From: a virus
Taxonomy: Duplodnaviria > Caudoviricetes
Virus record (IMG/VR): IMGVR_UViG_2513237213_000004
Coordinates: 1-64,000 of that record
DNA length: 64,000 bases
Strand: one strand, 5' to 3'
The notes beneath the pieces were generated by a model, which did no database searches, was not told the origin of the DNA, and saw nothing but the letters and a program-made list of their open reading frames with translations. This document shows positions 9,098 through 20,222 of this stretch, in pieces; the stretch's first letter is position 1; each line of letters opens with the position of its first letter. Made by a program: the position numbers and the translations under genes.

Positions 9098-12000
9098 TTA
9101 TGCGTAAGCAGGGATAACATATTCAGAGGAAGTCATCGCATCCACTTCGTCACTAGCGATAATACTAACATTGATGCTACATGCTTTATTCGCAGAAAGC
9201 CAATAGCAGAATCGATATTCCTTACCTGGCGTTATATCAACTACGACTCCATTGTTAATCCCCTTTACTTGGATTTCCTTTGTCCAATCCGAATCAATAA
9301 AGCAAAGATAACTACTATTGGTAACAAATGCACCGTTATTTGTCGTTGCCTTTATTAAAACCTTTTTACGTCCACTCGGTCCTTTAAACATACAATCATC
9401 ACCAGCGCTCCAATCCTCTACTTTGTCGCTATCAAAGGATATGGATTTCTGATAGATACTACCTTCAACCGTGGGTGTATCCGTAGATGGATTCGATGGA
9501 TTATCTGTAGACGGGTTATCCGTCGAAGGTTTGTCCGTGGACGGGTTATCTGTTGATGGATTGTCTGTCGAAGGTGTATCCGTGGAAGGATTATCAGTAG
9601 ACGGGTTATCCGTCGAAGGCTCGTCCGTGGACGGGCTATCTGTTGAAGGTGTAGGCGCACTCGGAAGCGTTATCTTCGTACCGCTAAGATTACATTCAAT
9701 CGTCGTGGGAAGAATATTTCCAGAATGACCAAAGTATCCATTTTTAAAAGTGCGGAATCTGTAGAAATCAACGTTATCAACCTTGATAATCCACTTTCCA
9801 CTAGCATTGCATTTCGTTGGAACATCAGTGCCGCCTTCCCAGAAAGCAAATACATCACCACCGGCTTTCATGTTTGTAGTAATGTTCTGCAAAACAATCT
9901 GTGATGGCATTTCCAGTTTTCCATCGAATACACATTTATAAGAATTATCACCAACGTAAACAATATCCCCTAAGTTATACGACGTGTTAGCCTTCCATTC
10001 TGTTCCTTGCTTAGACGAAGAAATCCATTCCCAGATTATATCACCATCAACGCAACGAGCATTACTATTTACAGGAATTCGGCCACTCGTCGTACCGTCC
10101 TGGTCCACCAATTTGTATACTCGTTCTACTCCGTCATTACCTTGGGAAATAACATAACTATCCTTTTCCCACCAAGTTTTAGGGAACCAGTCTTTGCCAA
10201 TGAAACCAAGTTTTGCCGTTCCCCAATCGAAGCTGCCATGCCAAGCCGTGTCAATCGGAGGCTTATCAGAAAGAATACCTTCTTTGAGGACTTTGTAAAG
10301 ACGATGATCCGCATAGATAATATCGTTCTTAGCCACTTCCATGCTCGGAGAAAAAGTCTTTGTAACGAACTTTTCTTTGGTATCAACGTATTCCCAATAG
10401 CAGGCATCAAGGCATTGCGGATATGTGTCAACACCTTCAATAACTTTGCCGGACGTATGTACCGGGCGATAACCATTGGAATGACCAGCAGAAATACATT
10501 CCCAACAAGTCAACGGCTTCCAGGAAGATTCACTGGTATAGCAGCAATCACCGACGGAATAATCTTTGTTTGCCTGCCACTCGTTCCATTCGACATATTT
10601 TACCGTCGCACTACCAAGAGAAAACTCTTTACCACTAAGGTCACTGGGTTTATTATCCTCACTAATCGTCGGAATCTTACCGCCCTTAGTTACGAAAAAG
10701 ATATTCGTATTATAGAAGGAGGTCAAGCCACTAGCATCAACGGAGCGATCAAACGTTCTAATGAACTGTCCACGGGATACACTTCCATCACCGGTATAAG
10801 CCTCTGTCCAGTCAATGCCCCGACCAAGGAGTTTCCAGCGTAATGTTCCCTTATCATCATTGCCGGTATCTTTGCACTGACCAACAACTGTCGTAGGAGC
10901 CTGCCCAGAGGTCTTGCAATATCTTTTCCCTGCAACCATAAAGTAAACCAGATATGTATCCGGTTCATAACTATGGAAATTGCAATCTCTAATCGTGATT
11001 TCCGGGAACTTATGCGTATCCAGCGTGCTCACGGCTTCTTTGTTAAAGTCGATTTTGCAAACATCGAATTCTTTCCCGCCTGGTTTCTTCAACCAAGCAT
11101 CACAATTCTCAATGACAACCCGGCCCTCAAAAATTCGCCCATACGTCGTATTAAACTCAAGGATATGTGCATTAGGATAACTATCGTTAGGCAATTCGTT
11201 GACATAGAAATTGCTATTAGTAATCTGACAAATACCACGGCCCTCACCAATCTGAATTGCATGATTAAAGAGGTTACAGTGGTCGATATACAAATTTTGG
11301 AAATAATTATGAATATCAAGACGGTTTGCATTGACTCGCTCAATATGAATATCCTTGACGCAGTTCATTGCCGTAGCGCCCCAATATCCTTGCATTGAAA
11401 CATCGTGAATGTGGAGGTCAAGACAATTCGTTGCACGAATCATGTAGCCGGAAGTACCATTGGAGCTACCCTGCATTTTACCGGCAGCATTGAAACCAAC
11501 GATATCAGAGATTTCTGTATTATAGCAACCCCAGACATAAATCATCGTATTCTTAAATACTGTGTTGTGCATTTGATTACTGTCTGGATAGAAATTAAAT
11601 CCACGGATATGAGCGTTATGAGTCTTGCACCAGAGCACGGAGCAATACTTATTCGCGCTGGTAGCCAATTTTACATTACAGCCCACGAATTCATAGTGCG
11701 TCGATGGAAGCATATTGTAAGAAATTGTGAATTTACTATTTACAGTCTGCGTAGATGCTGCATGGCCTTCATAGCTTGACAGAGAGGATTTGATTTCCAG
11801 GCCACCAGCGTTATTCCAATCGTATGTAATTGGATTAGCCAGCACGCCATCTGTCGTATGCAAGAGTAATTCATATCGTGGCTCTGAATAAAGATAACCG
11901 GAGTCATCGCGGACCGCATACGGTTCCTCTTGTAGAAAAATCAGAGCATTTTGTTCCAAGTGGGACTCTTTGCCTTCTGTCCCAATAACAAAGTTATCCT

Positions 12001-13555
12001 TCGTATATGTTTTCTTAGAATCATCCGTGGGTTCATAGGACCAATAATCTGTTTCGTTGTCACCCCAAAGGTAAAAGCCAAACCAGGTTGCATTACAATC
12101 CTGTACATATAACTCGGAACCAGACAGGTCGATGTTTCCATGACACTGGATAGGTTCATTGTTATCTTTCCGTATAATGCCCTCGTGATTTTCCAGCTTT
12201 ACATAGTAATGCTTACGCTTAGAAATAGGCTCTATACTATAGTTTGACGATTGATAACGGTGTGCCATCATAATAGCGTCGTAATCATCAGTTTTACCAT
12301 CAAGTTTAGCACCGAACATTCTATAGTTAATAACTTTTTCATCAAGTAAAGCATAAAGTTTCTTATGAACTTCCTTGCCATTATCGTCAAGTACAGGGAT
12401 TTTTGCCCCTTCGGTATCCGTTTCAAAAATGTAATCCCCATTTTCGTCCAAAACCGGAGTGCCATTGATATCCTTTTTGATTTCATATTCAACTTCATCA
12501 GTTTCGCAAAGGTAAATCGCCCAAGGTTTAGAACTAACGTCCGGAACATAGCTACAAATATAGTTAGCACCGCCGCCATCACCAGGCTTATAATAACCTC
12601 TAAAACGTATTCTATCGTTTTCCTTCGCTTCAATCTGGTCATTTTCAAGGTCTGCTATTTTATCAAAGGTCAACCCATCACCCTGGGAAATAACTGTGGT
12701 CGGCCCGGAAGGTTCCGTGGAAGGATTTTCATTCGGCGGATTAGTGGCCCATTGGTCTGACATTTTCTTTACATAATCAGCATATTCTTTTGCCGTGGAT
12801 ACCTGTGTAGAAAGATTCGTAAGCAAAGAAGAAACGTCCTCTTTGTATTTATGCGTAGCAGACTCGGAAGCCTTTGCATTATCTTCGGAAATCTTCGCAT
12901 TATACTCGGAAACTTTAGCATTGGCTTCGGAAGTCTTAGCATTATTCTCACTATCTTTGGCCTTGGTTTCCGATAACTTTGCATTATCCTCGGAGGTTTT
13001 AGCACCGGTTTCAGAGTTCTTTGCATTTCTCTCGCTTGTAGCACACCGGGTAACACTTTTCTCTACCTCGGAAGCCTGGTCATCAATCGTCGCAGCCTTG
13101 GTGTCGATGTCAGTCTGAATATCCTGGATTTTTGTCAAGATCTCTTTGATTGTACTGATATCAACCTTCAATGGCGCAATGTTTTCTTCGTTATACGCCT
13201 TCAAATCATTGTATGCCTTCGTAGCTTCTTTGGCCTTATCCGTGGCAATACCGGCCTGTTCTTTGGCAATATCAGCCTGTTCCTTGGCATCAGCAGAAGA
13301 AAAAGAATCATCTGTGAGCAACTTATTATAAATCTCTTTTACTTCATCACGAATCGTAGAAAGTTCTTCGACGCTCGTCGCTTTATTTAGGTTTTCTTCA
13401 AGAACTCTAAGATTTTCCGCGATAACATCATAAATACCAGTGTTATCCGCAGTAGTGAAGGGGCTTTCCTTAGAAACAACCCCTTCTTTCACAATATTAT
13501 CGTCTTTATCTCTTTGTTCTAAATATTGGAATCCTGCATTTAAAATAGCAATCAA
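9098..13555 (-). CDS. Large tail fibre/spike (receptor-binding, possible depolymerase)
   Basis: N-terminal coiled coil with NAK-x-SE heptads, FGAKLDGKTDDYDAI pectin-lyase-type start motif, beta-helix-like region, WxAxxxYxxGD carbohydrate-binding-like repeats, PSTD linker. Confidence 0.8.
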   Translation of the reverse strand: MIAILNAGFQYLEQRDKDDNIVKEGVVSKESPFTTADNTGIYDVIAENLRVLEENLNKATSVEELSTIRDEVKEIYNKLLTDDSFSSADAKEQADIAKEQAGIATDKAKEATKAYNDLKAYNEENIAPLKVDISTIKEILTKIQDIQTDIDTKAATIDDQASEVEKSVTRCATSERNAKNSETGAKTSEDNAKLSETKAKDSENNAKTSEANAKVSEYNAKISEDNAKASESATHKYKEDVSSLLTNLSTQVSTAKEYADYVKKMSDQWATNPPNENPSTEPSGPTTVISQGDGLTFDKIADLENDQIEAKENDRIRFRGYYKPGDGGGANYICSYVPDVSSKPWAIYLCETDEVEYEIKKDINGTPVLDENGDYIFETDTEGAKIPVLDDNGKEVHKKLYALLDEKVINYRMFGAKLDGKTDDYDAIMMAHRYQSSNYSIEPISKRKHYYVKLENHEGIIRKDNNEPIQCHGNIDLSGSELYVQDCNATWFGFYLWGDNETDYWSYEPTDDSKKTYTKDNFVIGTEGKESHLEQNALIFLQEEPYAVRDDSGYLYSEPRYELLLHTTDGVLANPITYDWNNAGGLEIKSSLSSYEGHAASTQTVNSKFTISYNMLPSTHYEFVGCNVKLATSANKYCSVLWCKTHNAHIRGFNFYPDSNQMHNTVFKNTMIYVWGCYNTEISDIVGFNAAGKMQGSSNGTSGYMIRATNCLDLHIHDVSMQGYWGATAMNCVKDIHIERVNANRLDIHNYFQNLYIDHCNLFNHAIQIGEGRGICQITNSNFYVNELPNDSYPNAHILEFNTTYGRIFEGRVVIENCDAWLKKPGGKEFDVCKIDFNKEAVSTLDTHKFPEITIRDCNFHSYEPDTYLVYFMVAGKRYCKTSGQAPTTVVGQCKDTGNDDKGTLRWKLLGRGIDWTEAYTGDGSVSRGQFIRTFDRSVDASGLTSFYNTNIFFVTKGGKIPTISEDNKPSDLSGKEFSLGSATVKYVEWNEWQANKDYSVGDCCYTSESSWKPLTCWECISAGHSNGYRPVHTSGKVIEGVDTYPQCLDACYWEYVDTKEKFVTKTFSPSMEVAKNDIIYADHRLYKVLKEGILSDKPPIDTAWHGSFDWGTAKLGFIGKDWFPKTWWEKDSYVISQGNDGVERVYKLVDQDGTTSGRIPVNSNARCVDGDIIWEWISSSKQGTEWKANTSYNLGDIVYVGDNSYKCVFDGKLEMPSQIVLQNITTNMKAGGDVFAFWEGGTDVPTKCNASGKWIIKVDNVDFYRFRTFKNGYFGHSGNILPTTIECNLSGTKITLPSAPTPSTDSPSTDEPSTDNPSTDNPSTDTPSTDNPSTDNPSTDKPSTDNPSTDNPSNPSTDTPTVEGSIYQKSISFDSDKVEDWSAGDDCMFKGPSGRKKVLIKATTNNGAFVTNSSYLCFIDSDWTKEIQVKGINNGVVVDITPGKEYRFCYWLSANKACSINVSIIASDEVDAMTSSEYVIPAYA
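9470..9650 (-). repeat. 15-nt degenerate tandem repeat encoding (PSTD[N/T/K/E/S])n linker
   Basis: About 12 units with synonymous codon variation. Confidence 0.9.
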
Positions 13556-13560
13556 CTCCT

Positions 13561-16500
13561 TTAATTAACAACAGTATAAAATTTATTCGTATCGGCCAAA
13601 ACGAAAAACGCTGCCGTACCAGAGCCATCAAGTTTTTCTGTGGACGCTACATCGAAATCAGCCGAATTAACATAGATGGCCCAATTGTGGTAAACATCGT
13701 AAGGCCATGTTTTACAAAACATTGGGGCGATATCTAGTGTTATTTCTACTGGTTGACCTGCTACGACAGGGAATTCAACAGAAACAATGTCTATAGATGA
13801 AATATAACCATAATCATTATAACTTCTACTATTATGAGCATATGGATCTGTACCTATTCTTAATTGAGAGCATCTTTGTCTATCAAAGAAAGCACCTTTA
13901 TAAACTTGCCGACCACCGCATTTCACAGTCATCGTATCGCACCCTTCGTCAAACTTTATACCACAATCCGGTCTATAATAGCTATTACCGTTTCCAGCAT
14001 CTTTCCCCATGCCACATGTGCAATACAATCTTACTTTATTACATGTAACAGGAGGATAAATTGTAAATGTAGTGGTATAGTTTTCTGCCCTACCCCATGA
14101 ATACTTAGGGCCACCTCCACGTTTCATTGTCCATGCGACGGTATCTTTGATTGCGCTATGTGAATGAGCACCTTCAATTTCTGAATAAGCATGTACTCGG
14201 AAACCTTTTTTGCTTATTTCATCAGCATAGCATTTCAGAGAAATATTTGACGTTGAATACTCACTAGAACCTGTCAAGACATTCTGCGGAGTTACAATGA
14301 CAGACGGAGTAACCGGCCATGGCTTAGTAAACTTGATATAATCGCCATTCTTTGCCACGCCCATAAGCATATGGGAAACATTGGAAAACTCATTACCATT
14401 CTGGTCAGCAAAGGTCATGCCTCCTGCACCAAAGGTAACTGTTTCTCTCGAACCGGAAACATGAAGGCCGCTTACATCAAGGAGAACAGAGCCACCTTGT
14501 ATACCTTGATTTCCCTGTAAGGCAATAGTGTTTGCACTCAATTTATCTGCGGTAATAGCCCCAGCCTTAATCATGCCACCAAAGATAACATCATCATCAA
14601 ACTTCGTCGTACCGGTGATATGCAGATAATCACCGCTAATCGTAGTCCCCAATGGAGTCATATTAATCTGATTAATAATATTTTTACCATTGAAATCCTT
14701 CGTTGCAACTCGCATATTTATATTGTCTTTCATCTGCGATATAGAACTATAACTGCAATTCTCCGGTGACTTCGATAACTCGGTTACAATGCTGCTGATT
14801 TTATCTCCTTGGATTTCCAATTGAGAAGTAGCATCTTTGAGTTTGTCTGCAACGTTAATATCAATTTCATTGGATAACTGTTTAATCTGTGATGCGGTCC
14901 TGGTTTTTAAATCTGTAACTGTACTTTTGATTTCTCCGTCAGATTTTTCCAATGCCGTGATTGACTCGTTGATTTTCAGAAGGTCTTTTGCAGTATCCTT
15001 GGCTTTTTTCAATGATTCTGCAATGCTCTTATCAACCTTATCCAACGAAATGCTTTCATCGTCAATCCACTCGCTTTTAAATGTAGGACTAATCGTGAAA
15101 CTATACTCATGGGATACATTGCCCTCGCCAATCCGGTCTACATAACAAGCCTTCAACGAATAAACATCCGGCTTGCCTTTGTATTCATAGATAGCATTGA
15201 TTGAATCAATTGTATCCGCCGTATAAGCACCGGAAATATAAAATCTTACCTTATCTGCACCAGGCGGGAACGATGGAACTTTAATGGCTATTCCTCTTGG
15301 CGTATCCTCGAACTTAACATAGGATGGCGCATTAGGCTTCGGATAACTCCATTCACACGTTGCCGGATACGAATGTTTCCCTTGGAAATTCACCGCATAT
15401 AAATACGCTTTACCGGTACGGTCACTGATGGAAACTTCAACGCTCCTGTCCGTTGTTCTCCCAAGAAGTCCATTGGGATTACCTACTTTTTCATCAGTGC
15501 GTAATTCATAGTATTTTACATCGCTATCCAGAATATCGTCCCACATAAACAAGAAGCTATCCGAGAAATCATAATGAAGATTCTGTGGGGAAGCCGGGAC
15601 CGTTCTTCTAGGCTTTACGGTGCAATTACAATGGGGCGCGGTGGCCTCCGATGAAAGCAGGCCCTCGTCCGACTTAGCCTGGACCATAAATTCATATTCA
15701 TCGCCAAGATGAACATTAGGAATAAGCATTGTCCCCTGTGATTCCCCTGCGGATTTCCACCCAGACAGATAACCAAGTTGGCTGATAGATACATCAGATG
15801 GAACATTCTCCAAGTCACATGCTACCGTACTATTAGTCTTGTAATATACCATTGCGGTATTTACGTCGTATCTCTCCGGCAATTTAAAGGACACCGCAAT
15901 GTCATAGCCAACACTTGCGTCCGGGCGCGTTCTATACCGTGTAACCGCCGTTAAATCGGTAACATGGCCAGGTCTACGACGCTCCGTGGAAATGGAGTCA
16001 GCATCGGCAGGGACATAGTTATACCAGCTTATGCCACCGCCTAAATCGTCATTGTAAAGGTCCGGGTTATACTGCCTGCCGGAGATTGTAAACTTATGGT
16101 CCTCGGTTTCCTTGATTTCCGCGATGCGAATAGGCAAATCCTTGAATACATCATGATAAGTTACCGTGACTACATCGCCCGGTTCCAGGTGCATAGCCTG
16201 GTAGCCGGTGGTGAAACTAAGCTGCAACGGGCAAGCCAGGTTATAATCTCGGTAGAACCGGGCCAACCGCAGCGCTTGATTCTGTGAAGTCACACCGTTC
16301 AACTGTACTTCCTTAGTAACAATCTTTCCGCGTTCCTTCTGATCCGAAAAATCTTCACATAGGCAACACGTCGATTGCCAATTATTCCGTGGATCAATGA
16401 TTTTCACACTGTATTTATTCGGCGTTTCCGATAATCTCAAAGGAGCCACGGATAAATCGGAGCAATTACTATCGTTAAACCGGTAAGATACTTCCTCTTT

Positions 16501-18042
16501 TTTCTCGATTTTCAGACTGAATTTACCATGAGCAATTGTAAGATAACCGCAGAAATTAGCAAGGATTTCTTGTAACCAGTTAATAGCAGAATTACTCTGG
16601 TCAATAACCATGTTTAATTCATAGCGTTTTGCCTTGACCACTACGTTATCTGAATTATGGAATTCAATGACTTCATCGCAATAATCCGCAGCTTCACGCC
16701 AGGAATCATCGTCCAGGTCATCTTCGGTAATCCATTTGCCCATGCCATAGCGCTTACTAAGCATAAAATCACGCAAGCATAAAGCAGGGTTCGTAGAATA
16801 CTCCGTCTTGCCGGTTCGCATATCATATACTTTTTTACCGCGAATAATCGCAGATACTGTAGGATTACCATTGAGTTCTGCCGACGTATTGAAGTGCATA
16901 TCCAACCAGGCCAACTGCGGATACCCGCCGACTTCTTCATAGTTATCCGGTGGTTCACAATCATGGAATACATACTTTGTTCCACCTTTTACCGTATCAG
17001 CCTTGACCGCCACAGGATTCATATAACAACCTTTGTCTGTTGCGGTAATTGTCTTATAGAACTTACCATCAGAATAACTTGTGATGCCATATTTCTTCTT
17101 TAGCATATTCCTGCCAAATTCTACGTTCTTGACATTGCCACCCATGATATTTCCGTTCCAAAGGTCAAGATACTCCGAATACTGACTATCTGATATCTTT
17201 TCATCGCAATCAGCAGAAGTACCAATGCTAACCTTTTTCTGATAACTCTTGGTTTCAATCTTTAAGTCACCAGGATATTTCGTTGTAGTTGCCGTAGGGA
17301 ACGCTTCCCAACCTTCACCTTTACGATTGATATAAGAAATCAAAGAAGAAATATTCATCTGCCATTCATAGAATGAGCCATTTCCACTCGCATCATCTTT
17401 ATTACAAAGATAGATCTTATCTGTTTTATTATCCGCGGTTAAATAAAGATATTTACTTTTAAGTTCTACCGTCGCATCTTCGTATTTCCGATTTTGGATC
17501 GTGAATACTGCGCCTTCCTGTTGTCCCTCTGTTGGGATCAGCAGGTCATTGGCGCATACGCTTTCAATACCATCAATGCCGCCTTCGCACAAAACAACAT
17601 GTTTATGCAATTGATTTGCTTCGCTATCCGTTTGATGATAGGTCTGATTTCCTGTTATCTTACGATAACCATAGATAACGGGAATAAGGCCATCAGAGGA
17701 CATTGTTTCCTGTGCCCTATCAAACCGTTGTACGTCCGGAGAACCGCCTCCTACGTCCATATTGGGGCGGTTAATCGCGGTCCATACCGTAGATGCCAAA
17801 GCTGCGCCCATGACACCTGCTGCGATGCTTACACCATGAGCAGCCGTGATACCAAACATGGCCGGGTTACAGAAACCAATAGCTGCAAAGCCAAGAGTAA
17901 GCAAAACCTTGCCTACGCCTTTACCACCGCTATGATGACCAAACAACTGTAAATCTATTTTAAAATCTTCCGGCACAAATGGCTTCAAAAGATTTTCTTC
18001 AAATTTTTCATCAGAGATTATATTCTTTGAATTGAAATCCAC
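13561..18042 (-). CDS. Tail tip / host-specificity protein (lambda J-like)
   Basis: IPVIYGYRK, VVLCEGGIDGIE, NPALCLRDFMLSKRYGMG, EPGDVV, FN3-like repeats; position after L/K-like genes. Confidence 0.88.
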   Translation of the reverse strand: MDFNSKNIISDEKFEENLLKPFVPEDFKIDLQLFGHHSGGKGVGKVLLTLGFAAIGFCNPAMFGITAAHGVSIAAGVMGAALASTVWTAINRPNMDVGGGSPDVQRFDRAQETMSSDGLIPVIYGYRKITGNQTYHQTDSEANQLHKHVVLCEGGIDGIESVCANDLLIPTEGQQEGAVFTIQNRKYEDATVELKSKYLYLTADNKTDKIYLCNKDDASGNGSFYEWQMNISSLISYINRKGEGWEAFPTATTTKYPGDLKIETKSYQKKVSIGTSADCDEKISDSQYSEYLDLWNGNIMGGNVKNVEFGRNMLKKKYGITSYSDGKFYKTITATDKGCYMNPVAVKADTVKGGTKYVFHDCEPPDNYEEVGGYPQLAWLDMHFNTSAELNGNPTVSAIIRGKKVYDMRTGKTEYSTNPALCLRDFMLSKRYGMGKWITEDDLDDDSWREAADYCDEVIEFHNSDNVVVKAKRYELNMVIDQSNSAINWLQEILANFCGYLTIAHGKFSLKIEKKEEVSYRFNDSNCSDLSVAPLRLSETPNKYSVKIIDPRNNWQSTCCLCEDFSDQKERGKIVTKEVQLNGVTSQNQALRLARFYRDYNLACPLQLSFTTGYQAMHLEPGDVVTVTYHDVFKDLPIRIAEIKETEDHKFTISGRQYNPDLYNDDLGGGISWYNYVPADADSISTERRRPGHVTDLTAVTRYRTRPDASVGYDIAVSFKLPERYDVNTAMVYYKTNSTVACDLENVPSDVSISQLGYLSGWKSAGESQGTMLIPNVHLGDEYEFMVQAKSDEGLLSSEATAPHCNCTVKPRRTVPASPQNLHYDFSDSFLFMWDDILDSDVKYYELRTDEKVGNPNGLLGRTTDRSVEVSISDRTGKAYLYAVNFQGKHSYPATCEWSYPKPNAPSYVKFEDTPRGIAIKVPSFPPGADKVRFYISGAYTADTIDSINAIYEYKGKPDVYSLKACYVDRIGEGNVSHEYSFTISPTFKSEWIDDESISLDKVDKSIAESLKKAKDTAKDLLKINESITALEKSDGEIKSTVTDLKTRTASQIKQLSNEIDINVADKLKDATSQLEIQGDKISSIVTELSKSPENCSYSSISQMKDNINMRVATKDFNGKNIINQINMTPLGTTISGDYLHITGTTKFDDDVIFGGMIKAGAITADKLSANTIALQGNQGIQGGSVLLDVSGLHVSGSRETVTFGAGGMTFADQNGNEFSNVSHMLMGVAKNGDYIKFTKPWPVTPSVIVTPQNVLTGSSEYSTSNISLKCYADEISKKGFRVHAYSEIEGAHSHSAIKDTVAWTMKRGGGPKYSWGRAENYTTTFTIYPPVTCNKVRLYCTCGMGKDAGNGNSYYRPDCGIKFDEGCDTMTVKCGGRQVYKGAFFDRQRCSQLRIGTDPYAHNSRSYNDYGYISSIDIVSVEFPVVAGQPVEITLDIAPMFCKTWPYDVYHNWAIYVNSADFDVASTEKLDGSGTAAFFVLADTNKFYTVVN

Positions 18043-18054
18043 GCTCTCACCTCT

Positions 18055-18849
18055 TTATCTATAAACGCTCTCAAAGGGGATAGCCGGGAATCCACTGTAA
18101 TGTTTCATATTTCCATATGCTTTGCACCGTTCCACCGTCTTATTGCAGCCTCGGACAACCTCTGCTTGCTTGCCAACGATATCATGGGCGAAACCAACGT
18201 TCACAACGATATCTGCCCCGCTGGAACTAGAAATAACCCTGGACTCTCCTTCGACGGTAATTACTCCGTCTTTCCAGTAATCTTCCTTGTAATCCATATC
18301 CAAGGTAATCGTGCTTCCCTGGACATTCGTAACCATTACGTTTTCTTTTCCCAGATCCATGCAGCACTCTGCATCGCCAAACTCACTATTGCAGGCCAGA
18401 CGATAATTCCGGTTCGGACAATTGATTTCCGGGAGCCGGGCATTGATTTTCGCGGACAACACACCATCTGAAAACGTCGGCTCGTCAATGAAGCCAGAGA
18501 ATACCAACTGCAATGCGTTGGGATTAGACAGGCTTTCCGGATACTGAATTCGGACAATCGTCGCAGAACAACCACGGAAATCAAAGCCGTTCATCACGAA
18601 TTGCAGCATTTCATGGGAGCAATCAGCCACGGATATATTGACAGAATCATTGATTGTATCCAGGTTCCGGGCAATGTCCCCTCTCTGGAAGGGAACTGCG
18701 AGATAAGTTGCACCGGCGAACTCTATGTTTTCATCACAGGCAGCCAACCGGGTAATCCCGGTCCGCAGGTTCAAAATGTATAACTCGATGAAAAATGGGT
18801 TCCCACTTTCTTTGGCCTTAGCCATACATACCGGTAAAACTACGCTCAT
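18055..18849 (-). CDS. Tail tip protein L-like (DUF2163/BR0599-like, Fe-S cysteines)
   Basis: C...C...GCNKTVERC and FPAIP C-terminal motif. Confidence 0.8.
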   Translation of the reverse strand: MSVVLPVCMAKAKESGNPFFIELYILNLRTGITRLAACDENIEFAGATYLAVPFQRGDIARNLDTINDSVNISVADCSHEMLQFVMNGFDFRGCSATIVRIQYPESLSNPNALQLVFSGFIDEPTFSDGVLSAKINARLPEINCPNRNYRLACNSEFGDAECCMDLGKENVMVTNVQGSTITLDMDYKEDYWKDGVITVEGESRVISSSSGADIVVNVGFAHDIVGKQAEVVRGCNKTVERCKAYGNMKHYSGFPAIPFESVYR

Positions 18850-19262
18850 GCGTCATTTCTCCGGAACCCATACTTGAAGCATTGAGTCCACATACCGCGA
18901 TGGTAAATCGTAGACTTACTCTCGCCCTCTACCGCCGGGACCTCCATGGCCAATAGCTTGCCATATTCCAGGTAAATTCCCAGGTGTATGCAGCCGTTAA
19001 TCTCAAACACTACAACGTCACCAAAGGAAAGATCCTTGTAATCAACCTCCGTAAAATTCCGCAGAAGGTATTCGTAGAGCCTACGCCAATACTTAGGCTG
19101 CGCGTATTCGTCCTCCGTTGGATAGGGCTTACCATCGTCAAAGGACTGGGACCAGCCATGTTCCTTATAAAACAACTGGACCAGGCCAAAGCAATCACAT
19201 TTATCAAAGTCAGCACCAGCATACTTATGAGTTATGCCAATGTATTTTCCAATATCTTCCAT
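18846..19262 (-). CDS. NlpC/P60 tail assembly protein (K-like)
   Basis: DCFGLV...GDVVVF...HLGIY catalytic Cys/His. Confidence 0.85.
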   Translation of the reverse strand: MEDIGKYIGITHKYAGADFDKCDCFGLVQLFYKEHGWSQSFDDGKPYPTEDEYAQPKYWRRLYEYLLRNFTEVDYKDLSFGDVVVFEINGCIHLGIYLEYGKLLAMEVPAVEGESKSTIYHRGMWTQCFKYGFRRNDA

Positions 19263-19954
19263 CAGTCAACTACCTCCAATTCCATTTGACATTCATAGCC
19301 GATAATGTTTTTCAGTTCTCTTTTATCCTTGATCTCCAATTTATCCGGGAAGATAACTTTTAACGTTTCCCCGTTATACCGGAAGGTCAATGGAACCCTG
19401 CAATGGGAATTAAAAAGCCGGATCATTTTATCTCTCTCCGGTTTCAGACCAGACCACTTCCCTGTAATTGTTCGCGTAGGCTTCACCTGCTTTTCCATAC
19501 GCTCGCTACGTTGGCCCATAGATACTACGTTGGTATGCCAATCAACTATCTGGTCAGTGTCACCGTATGGACCAGGTAATACATCTGTTTCCTGGGCCGT
19601 GGGATAATTAGTAAGCTGGTGGTCAACTTCCAGGGCCACACCACAGGAATACGCTTTGATTATCCCGTTCTCTCGTTTGCACTTCGGATTTATAGCCTGG
19701 GCGAAATAGCAAACCTCTGTAATCCCATCGTAGGTAAAATAAAAAGGCTCCTGCAAGCCTTTATGGTCATTATAGAATTTTACCAGGGCTGCCAGGTCAA
19801 GTCCGCTTATCTCAAATGAATACGTTTTCTTGGCTCTCACCCTGCGTCTATAGTATTGCTTCGTGTAATCTTCAAAACTCATAGCCTTGGAGTTCCATTC
19901 ATAGGTGATACTCACATCACCATATGGCGTAAACCTAAATTCCTCCATGGACAT
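19262..19954 (-). CDS. Distal tail protein (Dit / lambda M-like, internally duplicated)
   Basis: Two similar halves (F..H.G..EPF.F.Y); first gene of tail-tip operon. Confidence 0.7.
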   Translation of the reverse strand: MSMEEFRFTPYGDVSITYEWNSKAMSFEDYTKQYYRRRVRAKKTYSFEISGLDLAALVKFYNDHKGLQEPFYFTYDGITEVCYFAQAINPKCKRENGIIKAYSCGVALEVDHQLTNYPTAQETDVLPGPYGDTDQIVDWHTNVVSMGQRSERMEKQVKPTRTITGKWSGLKPERDKMIRLFNSHCRVPLTFRYNGETLKVIFPDKLEIKDKRELKNIIGYECQMELEVVD

Positions 19955-20101
19955 ACCTCCGTTTCTTCAATGTTATACAATGGATATTCTTTGCCCCCTA
20001 CCCCATAGCTTCCTCACAATTTCCTAGAAAAGAAACCATGTATACTATGGAAACATGGCAAAGAAAAGAAATCAGAGCATAGGGACTTGCACCCTACACC
20101 C

Positions 20102-20150
20102 ATAATAAAAAAAAGCAGGGTTTTCACAACCCTACTTTGGAAAAAAATTT
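20102..20150 (-). promoter_or_regulatory. Candidate late promoter (copy 1) upstream of tail-tip operon
   Basis: Minus strand tttttttccaaagtagggttgtgaaaa-N-tattat, matches 41762-41810 with identical 16-nt TTGTGA-TATTAT spacing. Confidence 0.55.
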
Positions 20151-20222
20151 TATATTATGCAGGACTTCTTGATAAATTTGTTGAATACCCCATTGAAATT
20201 GAATTAAGGAGGGAGAAACAAC

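Noticed and set aside
9470-9650. Regular short repeats considered as CRISPR
   Set aside because: Contiguous degenerate 15-mers without spacers, in-frame in the tail fibre; the octamer arrays likewise lack spacers; no cas genes
9098-18042. Diversity-generating retroelement or invertible tail-fibre cassette
   Set aside because: No reverse transcriptase, no template/variable repeat pair, no invertase or inverted partial fibre copies in the window
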